From: a virus
Strand: one strand, 5' to 3'
DNA length: 64,000 nucleotides
Virus record (IMG/VR): IMGVR_UViG_3300027746_000644
Location: 1-64,000 of that record
Part shown: positions 9,644-19,810 of the stretch, piece after piece
How the letters are laid out: every line of letters starts with the position of its first letter
How positions within the stretch are numbered: position 1 is the stretch's first letter
Notes under the pieces: model-generated
Seen by the model: the letters and a program-made list of their open reading frames with translations, nothing else
What the model was told of the DNA's origin: nothing
Database searches by the model: none
Program-made: the position numbers and the translations under genes

Positions 9644-10826
9644 ACCTTTCTTCTGCGTGTTACCTTGGATTCATTTATATACAAATCCCGAAGGTAAAAT
9701 GTTGCCCTGTTGTGTTGCAGATAACTCCGCACCGTTTCCCATAATGTCTGAAGGTGAATTTCCAGTATTATTTAATAGTAAACCTATGAGAGAACTGAGA
9801 CAGAACATGTTAAATGATATTCCGTCAAAGACTTGTAATTATTGCTACAAGCTGGAAAAATACGGAACACATTCTCATCGTAAACATTCTAATGGCAAAT
9901 ACTTGTCTCATGATAATGTGCTTAAAATTATTGAAAATACCAATGACGACGGCACCATTGATGATATTAATATATTCTACTGGGATGTAAGATTTAGTAA
10001 TGTGTGTAACTATAAATGCAGAATGTGTGGGTCGCGTTACAGCACTAAATGGTATGAAGATGCTGACTTATTGGGCTGGAAAACAAACCCGAAAGATCCA
10101 ACTGTTAGTATTGCTAATATAAAGGAATTTTGCGATACTAATGCGTCTTATTTAAAAAGTATCAAATACATTTATTTTGCAGGCGGTGAGCCGTTAGTTC
10201 AGCCGGAGCACTACGAATTTTTAGACTGGTGTATTGAAAATAATGTAGATGCAGAATTATACTATCAAAGTAACGGCAGTATTTTAAAATATAGCAAGTA
10301 TGATATTTTTGATCTGTGGAGTAAATTCAAAAGAGTAACTTATAGTGTTTCATTAGATGGTCTAGGTGCCATGGGAGAATACATACGATCAGGATATAAT
10401 GATGCAAAAGTTGATAATAATTTAACTAAGATTTGCGAAGCATTTGGTTCTAACGAAGAAATAACAGTTAATGCAACCTTCATGGCTTACAATGCATTTT
10501 TTGCTATTGAATTTTTTGACCAAATGGAAAGCAAGCCGTGGGTTATGATGTCAAATGTTTATACTCAGTTGTTGATTGGTCCTGAACATTTACAACCTAA
10601 AGTATTACCTGTAGAATTAAAAAAACAAGCAATTGAAAAAATACTCAATTCTAAATGGTACGAAAAATATCCTAATAAATTTGAATCATTATTATCAAAT
10701 TTAAAAGAAGAGTCAACTCAAGAACTATGGAGTAAATTTAAACAATATACATTGGCTCTTGACGAACGTCGAAATGAAAATATACTAAATTATTTTTCAG
10801 AGTTAGGGCCTTACTATAATGACTAG
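9627..10826 (+). CDS. radical SAM protein with N-terminal twitch-like domain
   Basis: FCVLPW...PCC...CNYC, CNYKCRMC, AGGEP. AAGGA RBS before the ATG at 9627. Confidence 0.9.
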   Translation: MNLIDKPFFCVLPWIHLYTNPEGKMLPCCVADNSAPFPIMSEGEFPVLFNSKPMRELRQNMLNDIPSKTCNYCYKLEKYGTHSHRKHSNGKYLSHDNVLKIIENTNDDGTIDDINIFYWDVRFSNVCNYKCRMCGSRYSTKWYEDADLLGWKTNPKDPTVSIANIKEFCDTNASYLKSIKYIYFAGGEPLVQPEHYEFLDWCIENNVDAELYYQSNGSILKYSKYDIFDLWSKFKRVTYSVSLDGLGAMGEYIRSGYNDAKVDNNLTKICEAFGSNEEITVNATFMAYNAFFAIEFFDQMESKPWVMMSNVYTQLLIGPEHLQPKVLPVELKKQAIEKILNSKWYEKYPNKFESLLSNLKEESTQELWSKFKQYTLALDERRNENILNYFSELGPYYND

Positions 10827-12027
10827 ATGCATTAATGCAGAGCTTGGATTACGCATAAACACCGATGGCACTTGTAAACATTGTTGTATGCAAAAAGAAA
10901 ATTTAAAAAGTTCTGAAACTGGAAAAGAATTTAAAATTAGTTCTGATAAATTTATTGATATTTTATCAAGTAAACATTCAGTGGCGATACAAACCGATTT
11001 GAAAAACGGTATTCAACATCCTGCATGTTCTCTATGCTGGGAAGAAGAATCGTCGGGCAAAGACTCAAAACGAATTAGAGATAACAAGCAATATAATCAC
11101 TTGTTTGATTCTAATATAACTGCTCCTTCATTTTTAGATGTAAGTATGGGGACCACATGTAATATCAAATGTAGAACATGCGGGCCTTTTAATAGTAGTC
11201 AGTGGAATGATGAATGGCAAGCGGCTGGGTACTTTAAAGGCACTACTGACAAATATAAAATAATGTTGCAATCGTTTAATCACAGTTTTGATGACGATAG
11301 CTTATTTTGGAGTGAATTTGAAAACAATATAGGAAACATTACACATATTGACTTTTACGGTGGCGAGCCGTTTCTAGTTAAAAAGCAGTGGGATCTTATG
11401 AAGTCAGCGGTTGCTACCGGAATTGCTAAAAATATCACAGTGCATTACAATACTAATGGAACTGTATGGGATGACGACAAAGTTGATATATTAAAACACT
11501 TTAAAGCAGTTAATATTGATTTTAGTATAGATGGTATCTATGATAAACTTACTTACATACGGTATCCAGCAGATTGGAACACAGTATTTGGTAACTATTT
11601 AAAGTTACAAGAAATAGAAAAGAAATATCCAAACTTTCATTCTTCTGTTTGTTGTACAGTGAGTACATTTAACATATACGATATAGATGAAATAATGGAA
11701 TTCTTTAGTCGATATACAAAAAATTTATATTTAAATTTAGTACATGGTCCGGAACATCATTGCATTAAGAATATTCCAGAGTCGTTAAAACAAAAGATAA
11801 CTGATAAGTTAAAAAATACAGTAAAAAAAGATTGGGCTGGATATTATACCTTTGCTAGTACTATAGAATTTATGAACGGTACTGCATGCCATATGCCTAA
11901 ATGGGATAAATTTCTAAAAACAACGCTCTGGCACGACCAATATCGTCAACAAGATTTTAAAGAAACTTTTCCCAAGTTTTATAAATTAATAAAAGAAGAA
12001 AATTATGAAATATCTATGGAAAGATAG
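10819..12027 (+). CDS. radical SAM protein with N-terminal twitch-like domain
   Basis: C...CKHCC...CSLCW, CNIKCRTC, YGGEP, YNTNG, SIDG. Confidence 0.9.
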   Translation: MTRCINAELGLRINTDGTCKHCCMQKENLKSSETGKEFKISSDKFIDILSSKHSVAIQTDLKNGIQHPACSLCWEEESSGKDSKRIRDNKQYNHLFDSNITAPSFLDVSMGTTCNIKCRTCGPFNSSQWNDEWQAAGYFKGTTDKYKIMLQSFNHSFDDDSLFWSEFENNIGNITHIDFYGGEPFLVKKQWDLMKSAVATGIAKNITVHYNTNGTVWDDDKVDILKHFKAVNIDFSIDGIYDKLTYIRYPADWNTVFGNYLKLQEIEKKYPNFHSSVCCTVSTFNIYDIDEIMEFFSRYTKNLYLNLVHGPEHHCIKNIPESLKQKITDKLKNTVKKDWAGYYTFASTIEFMNGTACHMPKWDKFLKTTLWHDQYRQQDFKETFPKFYKLIKEENYEISMER

Positions 12028-13237
12028 TACAGTTAAATTATTGCATATTGAGCTTACAAACTTTTGCAATGCCGCATGTCCATTTTGTCCTCGATTTGTG
12101 GATGCTACTGATATCTTACGCCCTGATATTAATTTGGATCAAATGACCATTGAGCAGTTTAAAGAGTGGTTTCCAAAAGAAGTACTAATTGATGTTCATC
12201 GAATTTTATTCTGCGGCACACACGGCGATCCTATGATGGCTAGGGATTTGTTAGATATTGTTCGATACATACGAGAAACTGCTCCGCATTTAAATATCAT
12301 GTTTAATACAAATGGTGGCATGCGCAAGCCTGAATTTTGGAGTGAGCTAGGTAATTTATTAAAAGTCCATCCAGCTGGCAATGTTACATTCAGCATTGAC
12401 GGCTTGGAGGACACTAATCACCTATATCGACGAAATGTAAAATGGGACATACTCATTGATAATGTAAAAGCATACACAGATACTGGCGCAAATGCATCGT
12501 GGGATTTTTTAACCTTTAAACACAACGAACATCAACTACAAGAAGCAGAAGCTCTTTCAAAAGAACTAAAAATTAAAAACTTTTTAGTTAAACGTGCATT
12601 GGGATTTGAAGAAGGCGACGGCGGTTTTAAAGCCAGGGGCATATATGACAGAGACGGAAATCTTGATTACATTATAGAGCCGCCATCAGAACAAAGCCTA
12701 GTCAATGTTAATGAATATAAAGATGCTAAAAAATCAGTGTCGCAGACTATAAATCTTAGTTATTTAAAAACTATGAAAGAAACCAAAGTACATGCTGGAG
12801 TAACGGAAAAACTAGCAAATTTTTCTCACGAAAATGTTCCGCATTGGAACACGTATGTGCTGGAATACGATCATCACGAAATTAAATGTAAAAGTGATTG
12901 TTCAAAAAATAGTGAAAAAACATTAACAGAAGTTTATGTCAGTTGTCACGGTATAGTGTATCCATGTTGCTATGTAGGAACTCGTGTGGAAAGTTCGATA
13001 GATCTTTATGAAGATACACAATTACGGTATGCATTAAAAAATGCAGGCCTTGAAAATTTTAGCCTTAAAAAGAAGTCATTAAAAGATATTGTTAATGGCG
13101 GATTTTTAGATTCAGTGTTTACTGCATCTTGGGAGTTGCCGTCAACTAAAGACGGCAAGCTATCATACTGTGCTATGACTTGTGGCGAAAAAAGTCAAAT
13201 TGATAAAATTTATGTAAATCCAAAATGGAAATCTTGA
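12005..13237 (+). CDS. radical SAM protein with C-terminal SPASM/twitch domain
   Basis: CNAACPFC, GTHGDP, NTNGG, SIDG; C-terminal C...VYPCC...CAMTC. Confidence 0.9.
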   Translation: MKYLWKDSTVKLLHIELTNFCNAACPFCPRFVDATDILRPDINLDQMTIEQFKEWFPKEVLIDVHRILFCGTHGDPMMARDLLDIVRYIRETAPHLNIMFNTNGGMRKPEFWSELGNLLKVHPAGNVTFSIDGLEDTNHLYRRNVKWDILIDNVKAYTDTGANASWDFLTFKHNEHQLQEAEALSKELKIKNFLVKRALGFEEGDGGFKARGIYDRDGNLDYIIEPPSEQSLVNVNEYKDAKKSVSQTINLSYLKTMKETKVHAGVTEKLANFSHENVPHWNTYVLEYDHHEIKCKSDCSKNSEKTLTEVYVSCHGIVYPCCYVGTRVESSIDLYEDTQLRYALKNAGLENFSLKKKSLKDIVNGGFLDSVFTASWELPSTKDGKLSYCAMTCGEKSQIDKIYVNPKWKS

Positions 13238-14025
13238 ATAATATTAACAGAATAGTTGCATATGGGTGCAGTTACACAGCAGGCGATGAACTGCTAGATC
13301 ACGAAATTCTAGGAATGTCTTTTGATAATTGTAACAAGTTTAAAAAAAAATTTGCAACTGTTTTAGATTTCAATAACTATTCATTAAACGGCCAAACAAT
13401 ATTTAAATTAATAAAAAACGATGATCGTAATAGAGGTGTTTCATGGGCAGGTCAGCTGGCTAAATTATCCAGTAAAACATTTGAAAACAGAGCCATTGGA
13501 GGTTCTTCAATAGAGGAGCATTATTATTCAATAGTGCGAGATCTATCAAATAATCAAATTGTCCAAACAGATTTAGTATTAGTTGGTCTAACAATACCTG
13601 ATAGAATTTTTATATACCCCACCGGATCAGATAAACCACATTCCAAACTGTTATCAAATACATGGCAGTGGAGTGACCCTAAATTAAAAGAATACGCTGT
13701 TAATTATTTTTTTACAGATTTTTCGATTATTTTAAATTATTATAAAACATTGAAACTACTAAGCACTCTTAGTACTAAAATTAATATAAGAGTACAGCCC
13801 ATGCGACCTTCTGTGATTCCTGGGCATAACTTTTTTAAATACAAATCAGATATTTTAGAGTTGAACAACTATGTTAATACAGTGTGGCATGATTGCCAAA
13901 GTATTTTTATTGACTCCGATTACAATTCAACATTAACTGAAAATAGCGGCGACCTATGCGGGTTTGGTCATCAAAATGTACAGAGTCACATTAACTTAGC
14001 TGAAAAACTTTTAAAAAATTTATAA
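13225..14025 (+). CDS. SGNH-like protein
   Basis: AYGCSYT, NRAIGGSS, VGLT..DR and a C-terminal GH; same architecture as 7546..8259. Confidence 0.5.
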   Translation: MEILNNINRIVAYGCSYTAGDELLDHEILGMSFDNCNKFKKKFATVLDFNNYSLNGQTIFKLIKNDDRNRGVSWAGQLAKLSSKTFENRAIGGSSIEEHYYSIVRDLSNNQIVQTDLVLVGLTIPDRIFIYPTGSDKPHSKLLSNTWQWSDPKLKEYAVNYFFTDFSIILNYYKTLKLLSTLSTKINIRVQPMRPSVIPGHNFFKYKSDILELNNYVNTVWHDCQSIFIDSDYNSTLTENSGDLCGFGHQNVQSHINLAEKLLKNL

Positions 14026-14026
14026 T

Positions 14027-15205
14027 ATGATTAATTTTATATTTCCAGATTATGATTATAATTTTTCAAAATATAATCTAAATTATAACACATTTACCAA
14101 AGAAAACCCGCACGACCCCTGGACATTAGAGTGGCTATTATATCAAAGTAACATAACATTTACTAAATCAATTACACCAAAAACTGATAATGATTATGTA
14201 TTGTTTAATCTAGCAGGGCCTGGAGATTATAGAGATTTTCAAAATGTGCCAGATAAAATTTGGGATTATATTAATCAACATGACAATGTAAATTTAATTT
14301 TATATCACGGCATTGAAGCAACTTCGCGCTCAGTGTACCAAAAACCTTGGAACAATTTAGAAATTATTCTACAAGAAAAAAATATATTACCTAACAAAGT
14401 ATTTTATATCACCGGTGATATCATTGCTCCGTTAAAATATAAACAAAGCAACAGTGATTATTTTTCAAAAATAAATGTATTAGGGTTGGATGTATTTGAA
14501 ATGATGCATATGCATCGCCATTTTAGAGCCTCGGGGTTTAATTTCTTAGAATCAATTGAGCAGTATTGCAGTCAAAAGAAAGAAAAAAAGTTTTTAAATT
14601 TAAACAACATCATGCGGCCGCATCGTCGTGCATTACTATTTTATCTTAAAAAAAATAATTTATTAGATGAAGGCTTTGTGAGTAGCCTTGAGTGGAGAAG
14701 TAATGGGATGGATAATGTGTGTAAGAATACATTTAACTTTCATTATAATTTTGATGATTCTGACTACGAAGATTTTTTAAAGATTAACGATACTATAATA
14801 ACATTAGATTCTCTTGGAAATCAAGCATCTGACAAAGAATTGTATATCAACAGCTATTACAGCCTTGTCACCGAGACACAAACATCAAAGGATTTGCTTT
14901 TCATAACAGAAAAGACTTACAAACCAATCTTAATGGGGCATCCGTTTATGATATTGGGATGTCCCAATTCACTATCATATCTTAAAAATAACGGATATTA
15001 TACCTTTCCGGAATTGTTTGACGAGTCTTACGATAGCTGTCTAATGGAGAAAGATCGATTAAAAATTATAATTGACAATTTAAAAAGAGATGTGGTCATA
15101 ACTGATGCAATTTATGAAAAACTAAAACATAACCAACGATTGTTTTTAAAGCAACCAACATTGCATACTAACAAACATAGTCTTATGCAGTTTCTTGTAA
15201 AGTGA
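14027..15205 (+). CDS. glycosyltransferase, GT10/fucosyltransferase-like C-terminus
   Basis: FLNLN..RPHR, SLVTET, FITEKTYKPILMGHPF, GYYTF..FDESYD resemble the GT10 nucleotide-sugar-binding motif. Confidence 0.6.
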   Translation: MINFIFPDYDYNFSKYNLNYNTFTKENPHDPWTLEWLLYQSNITFTKSITPKTDNDYVLFNLAGPGDYRDFQNVPDKIWDYINQHDNVNLILYHGIEATSRSVYQKPWNNLEIILQEKNILPNKVFYITGDIIAPLKYKQSNSDYFSKINVLGLDVFEMMHMHRHFRASGFNFLESIEQYCSQKKEKKFLNLNNIMRPHRRALLFYLKKNNLLDEGFVSSLEWRSNGMDNVCKNTFNFHYNFDDSDYEDFLKINDTIITLDSLGNQASDKELYINSYYSLVTETQTSKDLLFITEKTYKPILMGHPFMILGCPNSLSYLKNNGYYTFPELFDESYDSCLMEKDRLKIIIDNLKRDVVITDAIYEKLKHNQRLFLKQPTLHTNKHSLMQFLVK

Positions 15206-16043
15206 TATTGATATGTGAGTTGGTAAAATCATCGCTAGACACTAGGGTTTTTATTAATTTTTTTTGATCAGTAGACAATGTGCCAATAGGAACAAAACCA
15301 ATTTTACCAGTATAATTGTCTTTTAACAACCATTCTTGAAAACGAGGATCCTTCCAAAAGTTTTTGAGATCGTCGTTATAATCAATGCAAACTCCGCAAT
15401 AACTGACATGGCAATTACTGATATCCCAACTGTTTGATGTATCTTCATTGAAATATGAAAAAAGAAAATCTTTGCCTGTTATATGTTTAATTGCATAAAC
15501 ATCTGCGTTCCAGGTAACTAAATCGCTATAAGGAACACAATCAATAATTGTAGTCTTATCTAAATTACTACACTGTAGTTCCAAGCAATTAATTTTTTGA
15601 TTACCCCATGCCTGTATAGTTGGATTTATGATGTATGGCTCCAGCATATGGCATTGATCGTTGATTTCATTTATTAGACTAAGAATATTATCATTAATTA
15701 AAACACGTTTTCCATAGAACGTTTTATGCTGAAACATATTTGTAAATATTCTATGCAGTATATTTGTATAATAGTTATAGCTTGTAATATCATAGGTTTC
15801 CGGAAGTTGCACAGTGTCAAGTTCATTTATTTCTGACAGTAATTTGTAATAAGCAGACCTTAACGCTTGCCAATGTGTGTCAACTTCTTTTTGATTCCAA
15901 TTATTATCAGCACAAGGCCATGTTTTTGGGATTATATCCCACCCTTTGACATTTGGCATTTTCTTAATGAGTTGATCTGTAAATCCGTTTGATATTATAT
16001 CAACTGATATACTCAAATTATTTAATTCTATAACTGCTTGCAT
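15183..16043 (-). CDS. hypothetical protein (opposite strand within the cluster)
   Basis: 286-aa ORF filling the gap; no recognisable motif. Confidence 0.7.
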   Translation of the reverse strand: MQAVIELNNLSISVDIISNGFTDQLIKKMPNVKGWDIIPKTWPCADNNWNQKEVDTHWQALRSAYYKLLSEINELDTVQLPETYDITSYNYYTNILHRIFTNMFQHKTFYGKRVLINDNILSLINEINDQCHMLEPYIINPTIQAWGNQKINCLELQCSNLDKTTIIDCVPYSDLVTWNADVYAIKHITGKDFLFSYFNEDTSNSWDISNCHVSYCGVCIDYNDDLKNFWKDPRFQEWLLKDNYTGKIGFVPIGTLSTDQKKLIKTLVSSDDFTNSHINITLQETA

Positions 16044-16051
16044 TATAAATA
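16044..16051 (+). promoter_or_regulatory. T4-type late promoter, probably leaderless transcript
   Basis: TATAAATA ends 6 nt before the ATG at 16058; no SD. Confidence 0.55.
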
Positions 16052-16057
16052 CCCTGT

Positions 16058-16507
16058 ATGAAAAATTACTTAATTGTTGTCATGGATGTTGGAGATCCTG
16101 CATATTTAGATTCCTATAATGAGGATCTAGAAACCAATGATAAATTTATCTCTTATTTAAACGAAAAATTATTTTGGTTGGCAAAGAATGGCTCCACTAT
16201 AGTGTTTTCAAATTTTGTTGGAAAAACACACCCATTATTGACTATAGAGCCCGCCGAGCAAACAACATCGATAGACATTTTGGTAGATTTTATAAAAAAT
16301 AGAAATTTTGAAAAAATTGTCTATGTTGGATTACATTGGCCTGTGTGTAGCCATAACGGTAGATCAACCAGCAGTCATGCATTACAAGCAGTTACGAACA
16401 ATGACAACATATATGTTTGTCCTTTTTTAAGCAGGCCAGTGTACAAGTTGTACGGAGGAATTCCTCCGACTGATAACGATACAAAAATTAAACAAATTAT
16501 GTTATAG
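16058..16507 (+). CDS. hypothetical protein, possible isochorismatase/cysteine-hydrolase fold
   Basis: N-terminal LIVVMD and later IVYVGLHWPVC loosely match the Asp...Cys pattern of cysteine hydrolases. Confidence 0.4.
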   Translation: MKNYLIVVMDVGDPAYLDSYNEDLETNDKFISYLNEKLFWLAKNGSTIVFSNFVGKTHPLLTIEPAEQTTSIDILVDFIKNRNFEKIVYVGLHWPVCSHNGRSTSSHALQAVTNNDNIYVCPFLSRPVYKLYGGIPPTDNDTKIKQIML

Positions 16508-16514
16508 GAAAAAT

Positions 16515-17741
16515 ATGAAAGTAGCAATGATAGGGCTAGGAAAACTAGGATTGCCCTGTGCAGAAGTAATGGCCGAACACTATAGTGTTTGCGGATACGA
16601 TATCAATATTGTTGATCCCACAATTACTGTACAAATTAAAAAATCAATAGCAGAAGCAGTTGATACAGCACATTTTATTTTTGTAGCAGTTCCTACTCCA
16701 CACGACCCAGTCTATGGCGGCGGCACTCCAATTGCAGATTTGCCTCCTAAAGATTTTGATTACAGTATTGTTCAATCAGTACTAAATGAAATTAATCATT
16801 GTGTTAATAAAGAACAATTGGTAGTGCTCATTAGTACAGTGTTACCAGGAACAGTTAGAGAACATTTACAACCTTGTATCACCAATGCTAGGTTTATTTA
16901 CAATCCATACTTGATTGCCATGGGTAGTGTTAAATGGGACATGGTTAATCCTGAATGTTTGATTATTGGCACTGAGGATGGGTCCAGCACCAGCGATGCA
17001 AAATTGCTGGTGGATTTTTACAAGCCTATGATGAAAAATAATCCGCAGATCAATATTGGCACATGGGACGAAGCAGAAGCAATAAAAGTATTTTACAACA
17101 CATTTATTAGTGCTAAAATTGGGTTGGTTAACATGATCCAAGACGTTGCAGAAAAGAACGGCAATATCAATGTTGATGTGGTAACTGATGCACTTAAGAA
17201 TGCAACACAGCGTATTACAGGTCCAAAGTATTTAACAGCAGGCATGGGAGATGCTGGTGCATGTCATCCCCGAGATAATATTGCCTTGCGATATCTTGCT
17301 GAACGATTGGATTTGGGATATGATTTATTTCATACCTTCATGTCAAGTAGAGATCAACAGGCTAAGAATATGGCTCTTAAATTAGTAAGCCTAGCTAAAC
17401 AACATAACTTACCTGTAATAATTCATGGTCGTGCTTATAAGCCGTATGTAGAATATACCATCGGAAGTTACAGTGAACTAGTGGGACACTTTGTAGAGCA
17501 AGAAGGTATCAGTATTGCATATGCTGATCCATTAACTGGAGATGTTGCAAGCGGCCGTGCAGTAATATTGATGGCTCACAATCCAGCGGTGACCTATGCA
17601 GGCACTGGCGTAGAAATTAAACCTGAACAATTTTATTTTTATATTGAACCAGGCAGTGTTATTTTAGACCCGTGGCGCACTATAACAGATATTACAGGTT
17701 GTACAATCGTACACTACGGCAACACAAGGATTAAAAAATGA
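16515..17741 (+). CDS. UDP-glucose/GDP-mannose 6-dehydrogenase family
   Basis: Rossmann GLGKLG, VAVPTP, STVLPGT, EAIKVFYN, catalytic Cys in GACHPRD. Confidence 0.92.
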   Translation: MKVAMIGLGKLGLPCAEVMAEHYSVCGYDINIVDPTITVQIKKSIAEAVDTAHFIFVAVPTPHDPVYGGGTPIADLPPKDFDYSIVQSVLNEINHCVNKEQLVVLISTVLPGTVREHLQPCITNARFIYNPYLIAMGSVKWDMVNPECLIIGTEDGSSTSDAKLLVDFYKPMMKNNPQINIGTWDEAEAIKVFYNTFISAKIGLVNMIQDVAEKNGNINVDVVTDALKNATQRITGPKYLTAGMGDAGACHPRDNIALRYLAERLDLGYDLFHTFMSSRDQQAKNMALKLVSLAKQHNLPVIIHGRAYKPYVEYTIGSYSELVGHFVEQEGISIAYADPLTGDVASGRAVILMAHNPAVTYAGTGVEIKPEQFYFYIEPGSVILDPWRTITDITGCTIVHYGNTRIKK

Positions 17742-18496
17742 GAATAGTATTAGTGACTGGCGGATTTGATCCTTTGCATAGTGGGCATATAGAATATTTT
17801 GAGTCAGCAAAGAAATTAGGCAATATGCTTGTTGTTGGGATCAATACAGATGATTGGTTGGTTCGTAAAAAAGGGCAGGCCTTCTTGGATGAATACGAGC
17901 GTAGCCGAATTATTGAATCTCTTAAAGTTGTAGATAAAGTAGTTTGCTATCCTGACGCTGACGGTAGTAGTAAAAACACTATCACAGGTGTTAGAGCTAT
18001 GTATCCCGATGCTACTATTATTTTTGCCAACGGCGGAGACCGTACAAAAGAAAATATACCTGAGATGGACCTGATAGACAATAAACTAGAGTTTGTATTT
18101 GGTGTTGGTGGAGAAAACAAAGTTAATTCAAGTAGCTGGATATTACAAGAATGGAAAGCACCTAAAACTGAGCGGCCGTGGGGGTACTATCGTGTGCTTC
18201 ATGAAGTAAAAGGTACCAAAGTTAAAGAATTGACTATTGAGCCAGGTCAAAGTCTTAGTATGCAACGACACAAGTCTCGTAGCGAATACTGGCATGTTAC
18301 CAGTGGAACAGCAGTGGTGTGTTCTATGATGCCAAACGGTTATAGTTTACCCGCACTCAAATTAGAGACGCACTCAGATTACAAAGTACCAAAAAACGAT
18401 TGGCATCAGTTAACCAATCCGTTTGATGTTCCATGTAAATTGGTTGAAATTCAATTTGGCAAGTTGTGCAACGAGGAAGATATTGAGCGCAAATGA
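17738..18496 (+). CDS. cytidylyltransferase (RfaE/TagD-like) fused to a type II phosphomannose-isomerase-like cupin
   Basis: TGGFDPLHSGH, FANGGDR, SSS; C-terminal ERPWGYYRVL...SLSMQRH..RSEYWHV...WHQL..P...LVEIQ. Confidence 0.88.
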   Translation: MRIVLVTGGFDPLHSGHIEYFESAKKLGNMLVVGINTDDWLVRKKGQAFLDEYERSRIIESLKVVDKVVCYPDADGSSKNTITGVRAMYPDATIIFANGGDRTKENIPEMDLIDNKLEFVFGVGGENKVNSSSWILQEWKAPKTERPWGYYRVLHEVKGTKVKELTIEPGQSLSMQRHKSRSEYWHVTSGTAVVCSMMPNGYSLPALKLETHSDYKVPKNDWHQLTNPFDVPCKLVEIQFGKLCNEEDIERK

Positions 18497-18499
18497 TTG

Positions 18500-18528
18500 T
18501 TGACAAGCACCGTTCAAGGTGCTATAAT
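18500..18528 (+). promoter_or_regulatory. consensus sigma70 promoter with extended -10
   Basis: TTGACA (18500-18505), 17 bp, TGcTATAAT (18520-18528). Confidence 0.85.
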
Positions 18529-18558
18529 ATGTATATTGTTTAATAAACAGGAGCAGAA

Positions 18559-19755
18559 ATGGCTACCAAAGCACCAGCAACAAAAACCCGTGTAACCAAA
18601 GCACAAGTTACGGCTCACCGAACCAAAGCTGTTAAAGACCACAGCCCAACTTGGGATGGTTGCGAAACTATGGACGCTGACAAATTTATGCGCCACTGGC
18701 ATGGCGCAATGAGCTACTACCGTTTGGAATTTTCAGGCAAGGACTTGAAGCCTGCTGTGATCAAATGGATGACTACTGTTGGTTGCACCAAAGAAGATGT
18801 TGCGGCTTTTAAAAGAACCAAAGACAATCGTGTAAATGTCACAATGGGTGCCATTGCATCATGTTTGCTTCGCGGCATGCCCGCAGTTCGTGCGGACTTT
18901 AACAAGGGCCGTGACACAGCCGCTTGGTTGCGTAGCGAAATTGTTCAAATTGTGTCACAAGGCAAAGACGACGTGGACGAAGGTGCAGTTGTGGAAATCA
19001 AGCCAGCTGTTTACACTCCATCAATCCAGGACCGTGTTAGAGAAGCCGCTTACAGAATGACTGAAGAAATTGAAGAAGCCATTGAAGGTTTTCAAACTGA
19101 TCCAGAAAACTTTGATCCAAAAGCATTTAAAATGCTGAACTTGCTCAAAGGCAAAGAAGTCAAAGCCGCTCATGCACGTATTATCAAAGGCTTCTACGAA
19201 CGTGATTTAGCAGAACTTGAAGAACTTGCTGGCGGCAATGCAGACGAGCAGTTGAGAGAAGGTTACAGCCATCGCACTAAAAAACAAGTTAAGAATATGA
19301 TTGTGTTTTATCAAGAGATTATGAGTGCGTGTGACATGTTGGCACAAGAAGCCAAAGTTAATCGCAAGCCACGTAAAACTAAGGTTGTTCCCAAAGATAA
19401 AATTGTTGCAAAACTCAAGTTCTTAAAGACCAACGAGCCTCTAAAGCTAGTCAGTATCAATCCCACAGACATCATCGGTGCTAGCGAACTGTGGATTTTC
19501 AATACTAAAACACGTAAATTAGGCAAGTATGTTGCTAACGAATTCAACACATTGAATGTTAAAGGCACTACGATTACCAACTTTAACGAGTTTACTAGCG
19601 TACAAAAGACTATTCGCAAGCCTGAGGAAAAGCTCAAAGAGTTCAAAGCCGCAGGTAAAGTTCAGTTACGCAAGTTCTTAGACGATATTAATGCCACAGA
19701 TACCAAGTTGAACGGGCGTATTAATGAAGAAACCATTTTGCTTAAGGTAGCATAA
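18559..19755 (+). CDS. basic hypothetical phage protein (early)
   Basis: 398-aa ORF with an AGGAG RBS after a strong promoter; Lys-rich C-terminal domain. Confidence 0.8.
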   Translation: MATKAPATKTRVTKAQVTAHRTKAVKDHSPTWDGCETMDADKFMRHWHGAMSYYRLEFSGKDLKPAVIKWMTTVGCTKEDVAAFKRTKDNRVNVTMGAIASCLLRGMPAVRADFNKGRDTAAWLRSEIVQIVSQGKDDVDEGAVVEIKPAVYTPSIQDRVREAAYRMTEEIEEAIEGFQTDPENFDPKAFKMLNLLKGKEVKAAHARIIKGFYERDLAELEELAGGNADEQLREGYSHRTKKQVKNMIVFYQEIMSACDMLAQEAKVNRKPRKTKVVPKDKIVAKLKFLKTNEPLKLVSINPTDIIGASELWIFNTKTRKLGKYVANEFNTLNVKGTTITNFNEFTSVQKTIRKPEEKLKEFKAAGKVQLRKFLDDINATDTKLNGRINEETILLKVA

Positions 19756-19768
19756 TTTGGTAGTTTAT

Positions 19769-19810
19769 TGATGGAGTCTCTGATAAATATTAGATAAAGA
19801 GACTCCATTA
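19769..19810 (+). promoter_or_regulatory. late promoter GATAAATA in the loop of a hairpin covering the translation start region
   Basis: ATGGAGTCTCT (19771-19781) pairs with AGAGACTCCAT (19798-19808); GATAAATA at 19782-19789; ATG at 19810. Confidence 0.7.

Noticed and set aside
6132-13237. RiPP cluster
   Set aside because: No short precursor peptide, RRE/PqqD domain, peptidase or transporter was seen nearby, and the neighbours are sugar enzymes. Not fully excluded.
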